Positions 37,251 through 46,332 of a DNA stretch of 64,000 bases are shown piece after piece. A program made the position numbers and the translations under genes. The notes beneath the pieces are model-generated. The model was not told the DNA's origin, ran no database searches, and saw only the letters and a program-made list of their open reading frames with translations. Every line of letters starts with the position of its first letter. The stretch's first letter is position 1. This stretch comes from an uncultured Eubacteriales bacterium. GTDB lineage: Bacteria; Acidobacteriota; Aminicenantia; Aminicenantales; Aminicenantaceae. The DNA lies in contig CAYGBC010000045.1 in the NCBI GenBank assembly GCA_964348015.1, forward strand, positions 1,784 to 65,783, in the 5' to 3' direction.

Positions 37251-38282
37251 TCAATAGTTAATGGCGTTAGCATACGCAAAAGCACCAGCACCAGCACCTG
37301 CCCCGCAGGAAAGCGAACTGGAGTTGACGGTTACGATCTCCAAAAAGTCATGGATACCGGGGAGATTCTCGTAACCTGCAGTGACATTAACGCTATAGGT
37401 CGCACTCGCAAGAGTTGCAGCATAGCTATCTGCAGCCGCAAAAGCAAAAGCATCGGACCATCCTGAAAAGTAGAAGTCTTTGTAATCGTAATCCCAATCA
37501 TAGGAACCAAGGGCATACGCATATGCATACGCACTTGCGTACGCGTGGGCAGAAGCATGGGCAAAGGCGTCGGCTATAACATCCACATAGGACGATGCTT
37601 GAGTCGAAACGAAGCTGTGCGCATTCATCGTTAACCCAGCCTCAAACTCACGGATGTTAGCGCCCTTCACAGATACCCCGGTGTCCTGTCCCGAAGCGCT
37701 ACTCGAATAGCTCGTGGCGTATGCGGATGCGGATGCACCAGCGCCTGCCTCAGCGTCTGCATCATACCACGAGCCGCCGTAAGCACTCGAATAGGCATCG
37801 GCAAACCACGCATAGGCTTCTGCATAGACAGACCAGTACCATTCAGCAAATTCTTCACCTTGGGCTTCTACCCAGGCGCTTGCGTCGGCGATACTTGTTG
37901 ACAAGTGGATTGTCGCGTTGGCGAGAGTTGAGTCTAATTCAATCTGGTGGACCGCTCCATGTTTGCCGTGCCGCGTAATTGTCAACTGCGTATCGGCACT
38001 TACTTCGGCCACTACAAACGCCATGGCGTAAGCGGACGCTCCAGCATACGCTTCCGCGCAGGTGTCTATCCACCAGGGACAGTAATACCAAGGATAGGTT
38101 ATGTCGTGGTCATAATCGTAAGCATCAGCCAACGCAAAACAGCCTGCCAGGCCGTAGAATTGGGACGTAACAGTCTGCTGGGTGCTGCCAGGGTTCTCTT
38201 CCCCTGGACCTTCGGAAGCTCCTAGAACGAATGCGAGCACCGCTAGAGCCAAAATGGTGAAAAATGCAAATGACTTTTTCAA
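37251..38282 (-). CDS. Secreted Ala/Tyr/Ser/Asp-rich low-complexity protein (orphan)
   Basis: AAAGGAGGA SD and signal peptide MKKSFAFFTILALAVLAFVLGA. Repeated A-x-A-Y-A type tracts include AEAYAGASAYAMAF, AHASAHAYASAYAYAYAL and GAGAGAGAFAYANAINY. A strong terminator lies downstream. Confidence 0.7.
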   Translation of the reverse strand: MKKSFAFFTILALAVLAFVLGASEGPGEENPGSTQQTVTSQFYGLAGCFALADAYDYDHDITYPWYYCPWWIDTCAEAYAGASAYAMAFVVAEVSADTQLTITRHGKHGAVHQIELDSTLANATIHLSTSIADASAWVEAQGEEFAEWYWSVYAEAYAWFADAYSSAYGGSWYDADAEAGAGASASAYATSYSSSASGQDTGVSVKGANIREFEAGLTMNAHSFVSTQASSYVDVIADAFAHASAHAYASAYAYAYALGSYDWDYDYKDFYFSGWSDAFAFAAADSYAATLASATYSVNVTAGYENLPGIHDFLEIVTVNSSSLSCGAGAGAGAFAYANAINY

Positions 38283-38710
38283 TGTTTCCTCCTTTTGTAA
38301 AAAAAAATCTCCTTTTCCCCTAATAGCACCATTCCCGTTTTTTTTCTTACCTCCGGGGCACCACCTCCTCTCTTATTTTCTGATTAGACTGCAGCCTTAA
38401 TGATTGGGGAGAAAAGTTATGTTTAACTTTGTGAAGATAATATTCCTCTCCACCATTCCCAATAAGCTAGCTACGTGCAAAAAAATATACAATGAAGTTA
38501 TTTATGTCAAGTGAAATTTTATTTTTATATTAATTTAGCTTTTGCCAACTCAATTTTTCAATTGAGTATTTCATATCAAAGTCCAGCTTATTACATATTA
38601 ACTCCAGCATTGAGAAGAGAAGAGTGGTTAGGAATCAACTTCCATTGACAGGCTAAGGAAGGGCCATTCTAATCTTCAATATTGACAAATACAATACAAG
38701 TGAGAGCCTT

Positions 38711-38866
38711 TATAAGTCTAAGGATTGCTCACTTATTGATATATTTTTCCGACAAAGATCTGTTATGCTTTCTTCGCCTCTAAGCCCTGCCAATACAATC
38801 CGGACTGAAAACAGAGCCAAGTAGCCTCTGAAGATAGAGGGACTGTCTCGATAATACAGGACTGGT
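38711..38866 (-). pseudogene. Remnant of an IS3-family (COG2963) transposase OrfA N-terminus
   Basis: Hand translation of the minus strand gives ...LFSVRIVLAGLRGEESITDLCRKNISISEQSLDL*. This resembles the conserved ...KIVLEGLRGEESIAELCRREGISQNLYY... HTH of these transposases (recalled from memory) but is truncated and decayed. It sits in an AT-rich gap with no ORFs. Confidence 0.45.
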
Positions 38867-38876
38867 TTCAATAATA

Positions 38877-39308
38877 TCAATTTAAAAACTTGCCCATGAC
38901 CAGAGCATCTTCCGGAGGATTGTGATAGTAATTCTCTCTGATTCCCAAAACTTCAAAATCCAACTTGTAATACAGGGCTCGCGCTGCTGCGTTAGACGGT
39001 CTGACTTCCAGAGTTACAAGGCTGGCCCCCGTCTTTTTGATCTGTTCTAAAACCTTGTGCATGACGGTCTCAGCCACACCCATGCGTCTGAATTCGGGAT
39101 GAACCGCAATATTATTGATCTGGGCTCGATCCTTAATGCACCAGAAGATGACATAGCCGATGATTTTCTTTTGAAATTTATGAACCATGACAAAAGGAAA
39201 AGAGACAGGCTGGTTGTAGAGTTCTCCTCTGAATGTCATTTCGCGCCAGGGATTCGGATAGGAGAGGTTTTCGATTTCCACAACAGCCCGGAGGTCCTCT
39301 TCTTCCAT
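38877..39308 (-). CDS. rimI: Ribosomal-protein-alanine N-acetyltransferase (GNAT)
   Basis: GNAT motif IAVHPEFRRMGVAETVM and about 143 aa. Adjacent to tsaB, the canonical pairing. Confidence 0.85.
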   Translation of the reverse strand: MEEEDLRAVVEIENLSYPNPWREMTFRGELYNQPVSFPFVMVHKFQKKIIGYVIFWCIKDRAQINNIAVHPEFRRMGVAETVMHKVLEQIKKTGASLVTLEVRPSNAAARALYYKLDFEVLGIRENYYHNPPEDALVMGKFLN

Positions 39309-39348
39309 CTTTCGTAAGGTGAAGAAATCCGGCAGAATCTTGACTTTT

Positions 39349-40029
39349 TTAATCGCTCTCCTCCGCCTGAGATTTTCGAAAATACAGGGGTTCGAGCTTT
39401 TCAGCGCTCACTCCCTTCTTCTTCCTCAGCATCTCGTAACCCAGAAGCCCTATCTCGCAAGCAATGAACGGAGACCGCTGAGACAATCTGGCTTTGTCCT
39501 TAAAATACTGGAAAATCTGTCTCCTGTAAACCTGCGCTCCGCTTCCGATAAAAGAAATCACTCTGTGTGAGGGAAGGAGAGAGAAGAAACGGTCAGGAGT
39601 ATAGGCTCCCTGGGGAACTATTTCGGAGAGTTTGTCCCCCTTCGATTCAAACAGAGCCGCGTAAACCTCTCCTTTTTTCGCATCCAAAAGAGGACAGAGA
39701 AGGTGCGCCTGAGTCCGCCGAAGTTTCTCAGCCAAGGCCTTCAAGGTCGAAACTCCTGCAACCGGCTTTCCGGACGCGCAGGAAAAAGATTTCACGGTGC
39801 TGAGCCCGATCCGGATTCCGGTGAACGAGCCGGGACCCACGGACACCGCAAAGCCCTCCATGTCTTGAATTTTTAACTGGTTTGTGTTGAGCAAAAAATC
39901 CACTGCGGGGAGCAGACGCTCAGAATACGTGGAGGATGAATCGATGTTGACCTCAGCGATCAGCCGAGTTTTCTCCAGAAGGGCGACAGACCCAGTGAAC
40001 GTCGTGGTGTCAACCGCAAGAATGATCAT
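39349..40029 (-). CDS. tsaB: tRNA t6A37 threonylcarbamoyltransferase complex subunit TsaB
   Basis: MIILAVDTTT...VSVGPGSFTGIRIGLS, typical of TsaB/YeaZ. Confidence 0.9.
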   Translation of the reverse strand: MIILAVDTTTFTGSVALLEKTRLIAEVNIDSSSTYSERLLPAVDFLLNTNQLKIQDMEGFAVSVGPGSFTGIRIGLSTVKSFSCASGKPVAGVSTLKALAEKLRRTQAHLLCPLLDAKKGEVYAALFESKGDKLSEIVPQGAYTPDRFFSLLPSHRVISFIGSGAQVYRRQIFQYFKDKARLSQRSPFIACEIGLLGYEMLRKKKGVSAEKLEPLYFRKSQAEESD

Positions 40030-40037
40030 CCTTCAAT

Positions 40038-40580
40038 TCATCCCGCTGACTTTTTCCCGTAGATGAACAGGCCGCCCGCCTTATACACATCATACTGCAC
40101 CGTGCTCATCGGCTCAACCGAAAACCGGGTCTTCTTAGTGATATTCCTACTTTTACCTGATTTCAAATCGATCCGGATCTTGTTTCCTGTCTCGAGTAGT
40201 TGTTGAGCCACCAGCTTATCGAGTTCCGGACATTTCAGCACAGGAAATCCAGAATTGACAGCATTCCTGAAATAAATGGCGCCGAAAGAAGGCGCCAGGA
40301 TCAATCCCACCTTCAACGAAATGAAGCAATCCACTGCCTGCTGCCTGGAGGAACCCGCTCCGAAATTTCGACCGGCCACGAGGATGTCTCCGGGGCGAAC
40401 TTTCTGTGGGAAATCCTCCCAACCGTTCAGATTCCCCAGAGCGTACTGTCCCATTTGAGAAATATCAGTGATATGAAGGAAAGCATTATGGTAGATCTGG
40501 TCGGTATCGATGTCCTCGATCAATCTCCCTTTTTGGTCCAGAAGGACCCATATTTTTCCTGAAAATACTGACTTCGTCAT
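40038..40580 (-). CDS. Aconitase-family hydro-lyase small subunit, pair 1 (LeuD/HacB-like)
   Basis: GRNFGAGSSRQQA swivel-domain motif. Start moved to Met13, 1 nt after the large-subunit stop. Confidence 0.85.
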   Translation of the reverse strand: MTKSVFSGKIWVLLDQKGRLIEDIDTDQIYHNAFLHITDISQMGQYALGNLNGWEDFPQKVRPGDILVAGRNFGAGSSRQQAVDCFISLKVGLILAPSFGAIYFRNAVNSGFPVLKCPELDKLVAQQLLETGNKIRIDLKSGKSRNITKKTRFSVEPMSTVQYDVYKAGGLFIYGKKSAG

Positions 40581-40581
40581 C

Positions 40582-41832
40582 TCACGAGTCCTCGGGGCTG
40601 ACAATCTGTCCGGCAAGACATGAGGCCGCCACCACGGCGGGGCTGGCGAGGTATGTCTGTCCTTTTCCCTGTTTTCCTGCGAAATTCCTGTTTCCGGTGC
40701 TGACCTGGACTTCCCCTTCTCCCGTCAGGCCCACGTGTCCATCCGCACAACCGCTGCATCCCGGGCTGCCGATAACTGCCCCGCTTCGGAAAAGATCTTC
40801 AAGAATCCCTTGTTCAAGAATTTCTTCATAAACTCGCTTTGTCGCCGGGACGACTTTGAGAGTCACACCCTCACTGAGCTTTTTGCCTTTGAGTATCTCC
40901 GCAGCCTGCGCGAGGTCATCGGTCCGGCCGTTCGTGCAAGATCCGATAAAACCGGTGTCGATCTTGACTCCTTTGAGCTCTGAAATATCCCTGACATTAT
41001 CCGGCGAATCGGGCGCCGCCACCTGAGGAGGAATTCCTTTGATATCTATTTCCAATTCTTCTGAGTAGGCAGAATCTTCATCGGCTTGATGAGGAAAAAA
41101 CTCCACACCAGAAAGCTCACGCACTTCTTCTCTGAGAGAATCACTGGCCTCGGGAACGAATCCGATAATCCCGGCCATCTCGGTCACCATGCTGCAGAGA
41201 GTGATCCGCCCTGAGAGTGAAAGGTCTTTAACCGCCTCTCCGTAAAACTCCACAGCCTTCAAGGCGGCTTTGTGTGTTCCCAGCTTTTTCAGGATGAAGA
41301 GTGTCAGGTCTTTGGCTGTTGCGGGAGAATCGAGGCTGCCTTTCACCACAACCTTGAGCGATTCAGGAACCTCGAACCATGTTTGGCCCGTTTTAAAGGC
41401 ATATGTGATGTCCACATCTCCCATTCCCTGGCCAAAACATCCTACGGCTCCGAGGATATTCAAGTGACTGTCTGTTCCGACCACAGTCGCATCCGGCTGC
41501 GCCAGGCCTTCTTCGATCATCACATGGGAACCGATCCCGCGGTCCACGTCATAAACCTTGATTCCCCTCTTTTTTGCGAACTCGCGGCAGACCTGCTGGT
41601 TGTCGGCGTATTTCAACGAGCAGGCCGGCACACAGAGGTCAAAAGTGAAAAAAGTCTTTTGATTGTCGGCCAGCGGAGCACTCCCGTACTCCCGCTCGTA
41701 GTTCATGACCACGTTCGGGCCCCCAAAATCCCGGGCCGACCGAACATCCAGGTTCATCCAGACGATCTTTCCGGGTTGGGCATCCTCTTTTGTGTGGTCC
41801 TGGATGATCTTTTCGATGACTGTCCGACCCAT
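40582..41832 (-). CDS. Aconitase-family hydro-lyase large subunit, pair 1 (divergent LeuC/HacA-like)
   Basis: Motifs MGRTVIEKI, GTDSHL and GSCTNGR. The third Cys region is GCSGCADG rather than the canonical GCGPCLG. Confidence 0.85.
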   Translation of the reverse strand: MGRTVIEKIIQDHTKEDAQPGKIVWMNLDVRSARDFGGPNVVMNYEREYGSAPLADNQKTFFTFDLCVPACSLKYADNQQVCREFAKKRGIKVYDVDRGIGSHVMIEEGLAQPDATVVGTDSHLNILGAVGCFGQGMGDVDITYAFKTGQTWFEVPESLKVVVKGSLDSPATAKDLTLFILKKLGTHKAALKAVEFYGEAVKDLSLSGRITLCSMVTEMAGIIGFVPEASDSLREEVRELSGVEFFPHQADEDSAYSEELEIDIKGIPPQVAAPDSPDNVRDISELKGVKIDTGFIGSCTNGRTDDLAQAAEILKGKKLSEGVTLKVVPATKRVYEEILEQGILEDLFRSGAVIGSPGCSGCADGHVGLTGEGEVQVSTGNRNFAGKQGKGQTYLASPAVVAASCLAGQIVSPEDS

Positions 41833-41849
41833 AATTTATTTATCCCCTC

Positions 41850-42965
41850 TCAGAGTTCTGAGGCCACGGCGTGGGCCACATCCAGGGCAGTTGATTTCCC
41901 GCCCAGGTCATAAGTTCTCACTTTCCCTTCTTTAATCACACCGGCGATGGCTTCCTCCAACCTCACAGCCCTGTTCTCTTCTCCCAGCCACTCGAGCATC
42001 ATTTTTGCGGCCAAGAGCATGGCTGTGGGATTAACTTTGTAGAGCCCTGTGTATTTCGGCGCTGAGCCGTGCGTGGGTTCGAACACCGCATAATCATCCC
42101 CGATATTCCCGCTGCAGGCAAAACCCAGGCCTCCGACAAGCTGGGCAGAAAGGTCGGAGATGATATCCCCGAATAAATTCTCTGCCACCAGGACATCGTA
42201 GTCCTGAGGATTCTTCACCAGCCACATGGCCATCGCGTCCACATTCGCCTCCCAGAATTCCACATCCGGATACTCCTCCGCCATCTCCCTGGCAATATCC
42301 AGGATGAAACCTCCGGTCTCTCTCAGCACGTTGGGTTTTTCCACAAGAGTCACGGAGCGGCGCTTTTTCTTCCGCGCATACTCAAAAGCCCTCTTCAAAA
42401 TTCTCGTGCAGGCCTTCCTGGTCATAATTCTCGTCGAGAAGGCAATCTCCTCGAGAGGAAGGCTCTTGAATTTGGCCATCTTGGGGTGAACGAGCAAGGC
42501 CTGTCTGACCTCTTCCGGAAGCGGGTGGAATTCCACGCCCGCGTACATGCCTTCAGTGTTCTCTCGGAATATGACCAGGTCGATATCATCCCTGTAATTG
42601 AGGGGATTCCCCGGATACGCTTTGCAGGGCCTGAGGTTTGTGTAGAGGTCGAATTCCTGTCTCAGGCGAACGATCGGGCTGAAATAACTCAATCCCTTGT
42701 CCCTCAACGCGGGATCGAGCTCTTTCAAGGCGTCCTCTTTCGGCTTGGACGTGATCGCTCCGAACAGGCAGACATCCGTCGACTTGAGCATCTGAGTGGT
42801 CCGGTCTGGAAGCGGATTTCCCTCCCTGCACCAGAATTCCCATCCGATGTCCCCTTCCACATATTCGGCATCTAAACTTATCTTCTCCAGGACGATCAGG
42901 GCGGCTTCGATGACTTCCTTCCCGACTCCGTCACCGGGCAGCACGGCGATCCTGTACTTTGCCAT
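41850..42965 (-). CDS. Beta-decarboxylating dehydrogenase (isocitrate / homoisocitrate / 3-isopropylmalate family)
   Basis: Motifs IAVLPGDGVGKEV, RENTEGMYAG and NLFGDIISDL. Substrate cannot be decided by eye. Confidence 0.85.
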   Translation of the reverse strand: MAKYRIAVLPGDGVGKEVIEAALIVLEKISLDAEYVEGDIGWEFWCREGNPLPDRTTQMLKSTDVCLFGAITSKPKEDALKELDPALRDKGLSYFSPIVRLRQEFDLYTNLRPCKAYPGNPLNYRDDIDLVIFRENTEGMYAGVEFHPLPEEVRQALLVHPKMAKFKSLPLEEIAFSTRIMTRKACTRILKRAFEYARKKKRRSVTLVEKPNVLRETGGFILDIAREMAEEYPDVEFWEANVDAMAMWLVKNPQDYDVLVAENLFGDIISDLSAQLVGGLGFACSGNIGDDYAVFEPTHGSAPKYTGLYKVNPTAMLLAAKMMLEWLGEENRAVRLEEAIAGVIKEGKVRTYDLGGKSTALDVAHAVASEL

Positions 42966-42975
42966 TTGACCTCCT

Positions 42976-43470
42976 CTACTTCGTTCCCTTCATTTTCTTC
43001 TTCGTGTAAGGAATCAGCCCCCCCTCCTCTAATATACCCAGAACCGATTCCGGAAAAGGAGAGAACGGGAAAGCTCCTCTAGCGGTTATAATTTTTCCTG
43101 AAGAAAAATCTATTTCGATCTCCTCTCCGTTGGCGACGCTGTCCGCAGCCTTCTCGGATTGGAGGACCGGCAGTCCCTGGTTGATGGCGTTCCGGAAAAA
43201 GATCCGGGCAAAAGACTTGGCAATCACGGCCTGGACTCCGGCATGTTTCAGACACGCGGCGGCCTGCTCCCGTGAGCTGCCGCAACCAAAATTCCGGCCG
43301 GCCACGATCACGTCTCCGGGTTTGACCTTCCGGGCGAAATCCGGGTCGAGATCCTCCAAGGCATGACGGGCCATCTCTTCTGGCTCCATGACAGAATAGG
43401 TGTACTTTCCAGGAAAAATCACATCCGTGTTGACATCATCCCCGTACTTCCAGACTCTTCCCTTCTTCAT
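42976..43470 (-). CDS. Aconitase-family hydro-lyase small subunit, pair 2 (LeuD/HacB type)
   Basis: Motifs [16 protein letters not shown] and [13 protein letters not shown]. 4-nt overlap with the large subunit. Confidence 0.88.
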   Translation of the reverse strand: MKKGRVWKYGDDVNTDVIFPGKYTYSVMEPEEMARHALEDLDPDFARKVKPGDVIVAGRNFGCGSSREQAAACLKHAGVQAVIAKSFARIFFRNAINQGLPVLQSEKAADSVANGEEIEIDFSSGKIITARGAFPFSPFPESVLGILEEGGLIPYTKKKMKGTK

Positions 43471-44720
43471 AATAACTTTCTCGGGTCAGTGATCTTTCCC
43501 TCGATAGCGGATGCGGCCACCGTGGCCGGAGAAGCTAAATAAATCTCGGAATCGCGGCTTCCCATCCGTCCCCGGAAATTCCTGTTGGCCGTGCTCAACG
43601 CCACTTCACCGGGAGCGAGGATTCCCTGATGAGCTCCCAGGCACGGTCCGCAGCCCGGGTTGAGGATAACGCATCCGGCCTCCGCCAGGATTTCAATAAT
43701 CCCCTTTTTTAACGCATTGAGATATTCCTGTCTCGAAGCCGGGATGACAAGAACTCTCACTTGAGGATGAACCTTATTTCCGTTCAATAATCCGGCCGCC
43801 ACTTCCAGGTCCTCAATCCTGCCGTTTGTGCAGGTCCCGATCAAGGCTTGATGAAAACCGGTTCCCTCTACTTCGGAGATGGGTTTGACATTGTCCACGG
43901 TATGGGGGCAGGCCACCTGAGGCTCCAAAGAAGAGATGTCGTGCTTGAGGACAGCCTCGAACGTGGCATCCGGGTCAGATGTCACTGCGTGAAAATTCTC
44001 TTTCGCGCGGCCTTCGAGCCATTGAATGGTCTTCTCATCCGGCTCACAGTATCCGTTTTTGGCTCCCATCTCCGCTGCCATGTTGGTCAACACCAGGCGG
44101 GAGGCCAGACTGAATCTCCGGACCGCCTCGCCCGAGAATTCCAAAGCCTTGTAATTGGCCCGGTCTGCGCCTTCATCTCCGATTATCTTGAGAACAACAT
44201 CTTTGGCATAAACTCCGGGGGGAAGCTTTCCGGAAATCTCTATTTTTATGGTCTCGGGCACTTTGAGCCAGATCTCGTCCGAAGCCCAGAGAGAAGCGAC
44301 CTCCGACCGGCCGATTCCCGCGGAAAAGGCCCCGAATGCGCCGTAGCTGGTGGTGTGAGAATCCGCGCCCAATATCAATTTCCCTGGAAGTGCAAAGCCG
44401 TTTTCTGAAAAAACCTGGTGACAGATACCGTTCGGCACGTCGAAAAAGTTCGGGATGCTCTGCGCGGCCACAAACTCTCTGATCGTTTTATGATTCGCGG
44501 CGTATTTTTCGCTCGAAGCAGGGACGATGTGGTCGAGTATGATGACAAGTTTCTGAGGAGCCTTCACATTTTTGACCCCGAGTTTCTTAAATTCCTTGAT
44601 GATCGCAGCGGAATTATCGTGCGAGAGAATATGATCCGGAGATACTGTGACCACCTCTCCAGCCCGGGCATCTCTTCCCGCTTTTGACCCGAGGACCTTC
44701 TCTGAAAACGTCTTCCCCAA
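43467..44720 (-). CDS. Aconitase-family hydro-lyase large subunit, pair 2 (archaeal-type LeuC/HacA)
   Basis: Motifs MGKTFSEKV (TTG start), GICHQV, GADSHT, GTCTNGR and [11 protein letters not shown]. Confidence 0.9.
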   Translation of the reverse strand: MGKTFSEKVLGSKAGRDARAGEVVTVSPDHILSHDNSAAIIKEFKKLGVKNVKAPQKLVIILDHIVPASSEKYAANHKTIREFVAAQSIPNFFDVPNGICHQVFSENGFALPGKLILGADSHTTSYGAFGAFSAGIGRSEVASLWASDEIWLKVPETIKIEISGKLPPGVYAKDVVLKIIGDEGADRANYKALEFSGEAVRRFSLASRLVLTNMAAEMGAKNGYCEPDEKTIQWLEGRAKENFHAVTSDPDATFEAVLKHDISSLEPQVACPHTVDNVKPISEVEGTGFHQALIGTCTNGRIEDLEVAAGLLNGNKVHPQVRVLVIPASRQEYLNALKKGIIEILAEAGCVILNPGCGPCLGAHQGILAPGEVALSTANRNFRGRMGSRDSEIYLASPATVAASAIEGKITDPRKLL

Positions 44721-44757
44721 AACTTCTTCCTTTGTCTTACTCTAAGCTTTTTTCCTC

Positions 44758-44942
44758 TGCCATTGCGAGCGCAGCGCGGCAATCTCGTTCATTTTGTGTC
44801 ATTGCGAGCGGAGCGCGGCAATCTCGTACAGAAAAATTTTTTTTATTTTTATGAGATTGCCACGTCACTTCGCTTCTCGCAATGACACCTTAAATCCAAT
44901 CTCTATCTCTTATGAAATTGTTTCGCTCCATTCGTAATCATA
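44758..44942. repeat. Intergenic repeat cluster E (family 1)
   Basis: Forward units at about 44758 and 44797. The core is TACAGAAAAATTTTTTTTATTTTTATG. An inverted unit at about 44854 and a degenerate one at about 44911. The complete 91-nt element is 44797..44887. Confidence 0.85.
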
Positions 44943-44962
44943 TCAATTCTGCATTCCTGATA

Positions 44963-44985
44963 AATTGGGGACTGTCCCCAATTTG
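44963..44985. repeat. Perfect 23-nt palindrome AAATTGGGGAC-T-GTCCCCAATTT (family 2)
   Basis: 11+1+11 perfect inverted symmetry, 26 nt past the stop of the HD gene (minus strand). Confidence 0.8.
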
Positions 44986-45010
44986 TTAAAATTCCTTTCT
45001 TGTGCTTTTC

Positions 45011-45550
45011 TTATTTTTTTATCTTCAGAGCTTCGAAATTGACGAAGTCCGCATGGTTGACGATCACAGCTTCCACAGTCTTCCGGGCTCCATCCCCTTC
45101 CTTAGAATGGGCCGCGATGATATGGACCACTTCCTTGGGAAGTCCGTGCTGGGATGCGAACGCAGCTCCAGAAATCGGATGGCGAAGAAGCTCTCCGCCC
45201 CTGCTTTTGACAAACTTCCCTTTTTCTCTCTTGTATTCGAACAGTTTGCCCACATCATGCAGGAGGGCTCCGGAGAGAAGATAATCCCGGTTCAGAGTGA
45301 CCTTTCCTTTATACTCTTCGACCATGACCTCGCTGATCTCCAACGAACTGAGAGTCACGGCGCGCGTGTGTTCGACGATGCTCACAGGGGTTTCATTGAT
45401 CAACAGGGTGAAAGGCATCTGACGGAGGTCATCTATCGTCCATCCTCCTTCCTTAATGGCCTCTATCCAGACTTGGATCGTTTGCTCCTTAAGCTTAGTG
45501 TCCTTGATCAGATTGAATTCCGGCATGATGGATAAAAGCTCTTTTTTCAT
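45011..45550 (-). CDS. HD/HDIG-domain metal-dependent phosphohydrolase
   Basis: LLHDVGKL and IIAAHSKEGD motifs. ATGA overlap with the upstream citrate-synthase-like gene. Confidence 0.8.
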   Translation of the reverse strand: MKKELLSIMPEFNLIKDTKLKEQTIQVWIEAIKEGGWTIDDLRQMPFTLLINETPVSIVEHTRAVTLSSLEISEVMVEEYKGKVTLNRDYLLSGALLHDVGKLFEYKREKGKFVKSRGGELLRHPISGAAFASQHGLPKEVVHIIAAHSKEGDGARKTVEAVIVNHADFVNFEALKIKK

Positions 45551-46332
45551 TCGACCTTCCTTTCTCCGGGCCCGTCATACTCATAATCCTGGGGATCGAC
45601 CTTTCGCATGGGCCTCATTCGCGTCATCTCTTCGTGGACATGGGCCACCAAGCCAGGAACCCGGGCGATGATGAAAAAAGCGTTACCGATCTCTGGAGGA
45701 ATATCCAAATCGCAGAGCAGAGCCGCAATCGCTCCATCGACGTTGATCGGAAGATTTTTGCCCATAAGCTCTTCAAGGCCTTTCTCCACCGCACGGGCAA
45801 TCCGGACAAACTGGCCGGCTAAACCCAGCTCCTCTGCCAGGGAAAACAGCTTCTGAGTCCGCGGATCCCGGGTATGGATGCGGTGACCGAAGCCAGAAGC
45901 CCGCTTCCCCTTCTCCTTCATTTCTTTGAGGACTTCACGTGCGACTTCCTCTTCCGATGCCTTTGTCTCCTTCACCCTTCGCGCAATCTCCAGGAAGAGC
46001 TTCATCCCCTCCTCGATCGCGCCTCCATGATAACGGGAAATCGCAGAGACACCGGCAGCCACGGCGGAGTTGAGCTCCGCCCCTGTAGAAGCGACAGTCC
46101 TCGCTGTCAGAACCGAAGGAGGGCTGGCGCCATGATCTACCGAAGACACGAAAATCGCGTCCACAAGCTTCCCCTTTTCGGGCGACGGGAATTCTCCTTT
46201 CAACACCAGATAAATGGCCTGAGCAAACGAGATCTTTCCGATGAGCTGGTCGACCGGATACCCTCGCAGGCATATTTTATTCGGTTTCACATCAGTGATG
46301 GCTGTTTTCCAGTGAAACTCGCCCATTGTCAT
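45547..46332 (-). CDS. Short citrate-synthase-family protein; putative citryl-CoA lyase (Ccl-like)
   Basis: 261 aa. Citrate synthase signature GFGHRIHTRDPR and VSSVDHGASPPS. It lacks the long N-terminal part of true citrate synthases. ATGA overlap with the SucD-like gene. Confidence 0.75.
   Translation of the reverse strand: MTMGEFHWKTAITDVKPNKICLRGYPVDQLIGKISFAQAIYLVLKGEFPSPEKGKLVDAIFVSSVDHGASPPSVLTARTVASTGAELNSAVAAGVSAISRYHGGAIEEGMKLFLEIARRVKETKASEEEVAREVLKEMKEKGKRASGFGHRIHTRDPRTQKLFSLAEELGLAGQFVRIARAVEKGLEELMGKNLPINVDGAIAALLCDLDIPPEIGNAFFIIARVPGLVAHVHEEMTRMRPMRKVDPQDYEYDGPGERKVE

Noticed and set aside
37233-38400. + strand ORFs (37233..37466, 37721..37978, 37947..38225, 37979..38170, 38182..38400) opposite the Ala/Tyr-rich gene
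   Set aside because: GCN-rich alanine codons keep the antisense frames open. The minus-strand gene has the SD, signal peptide and terminator.
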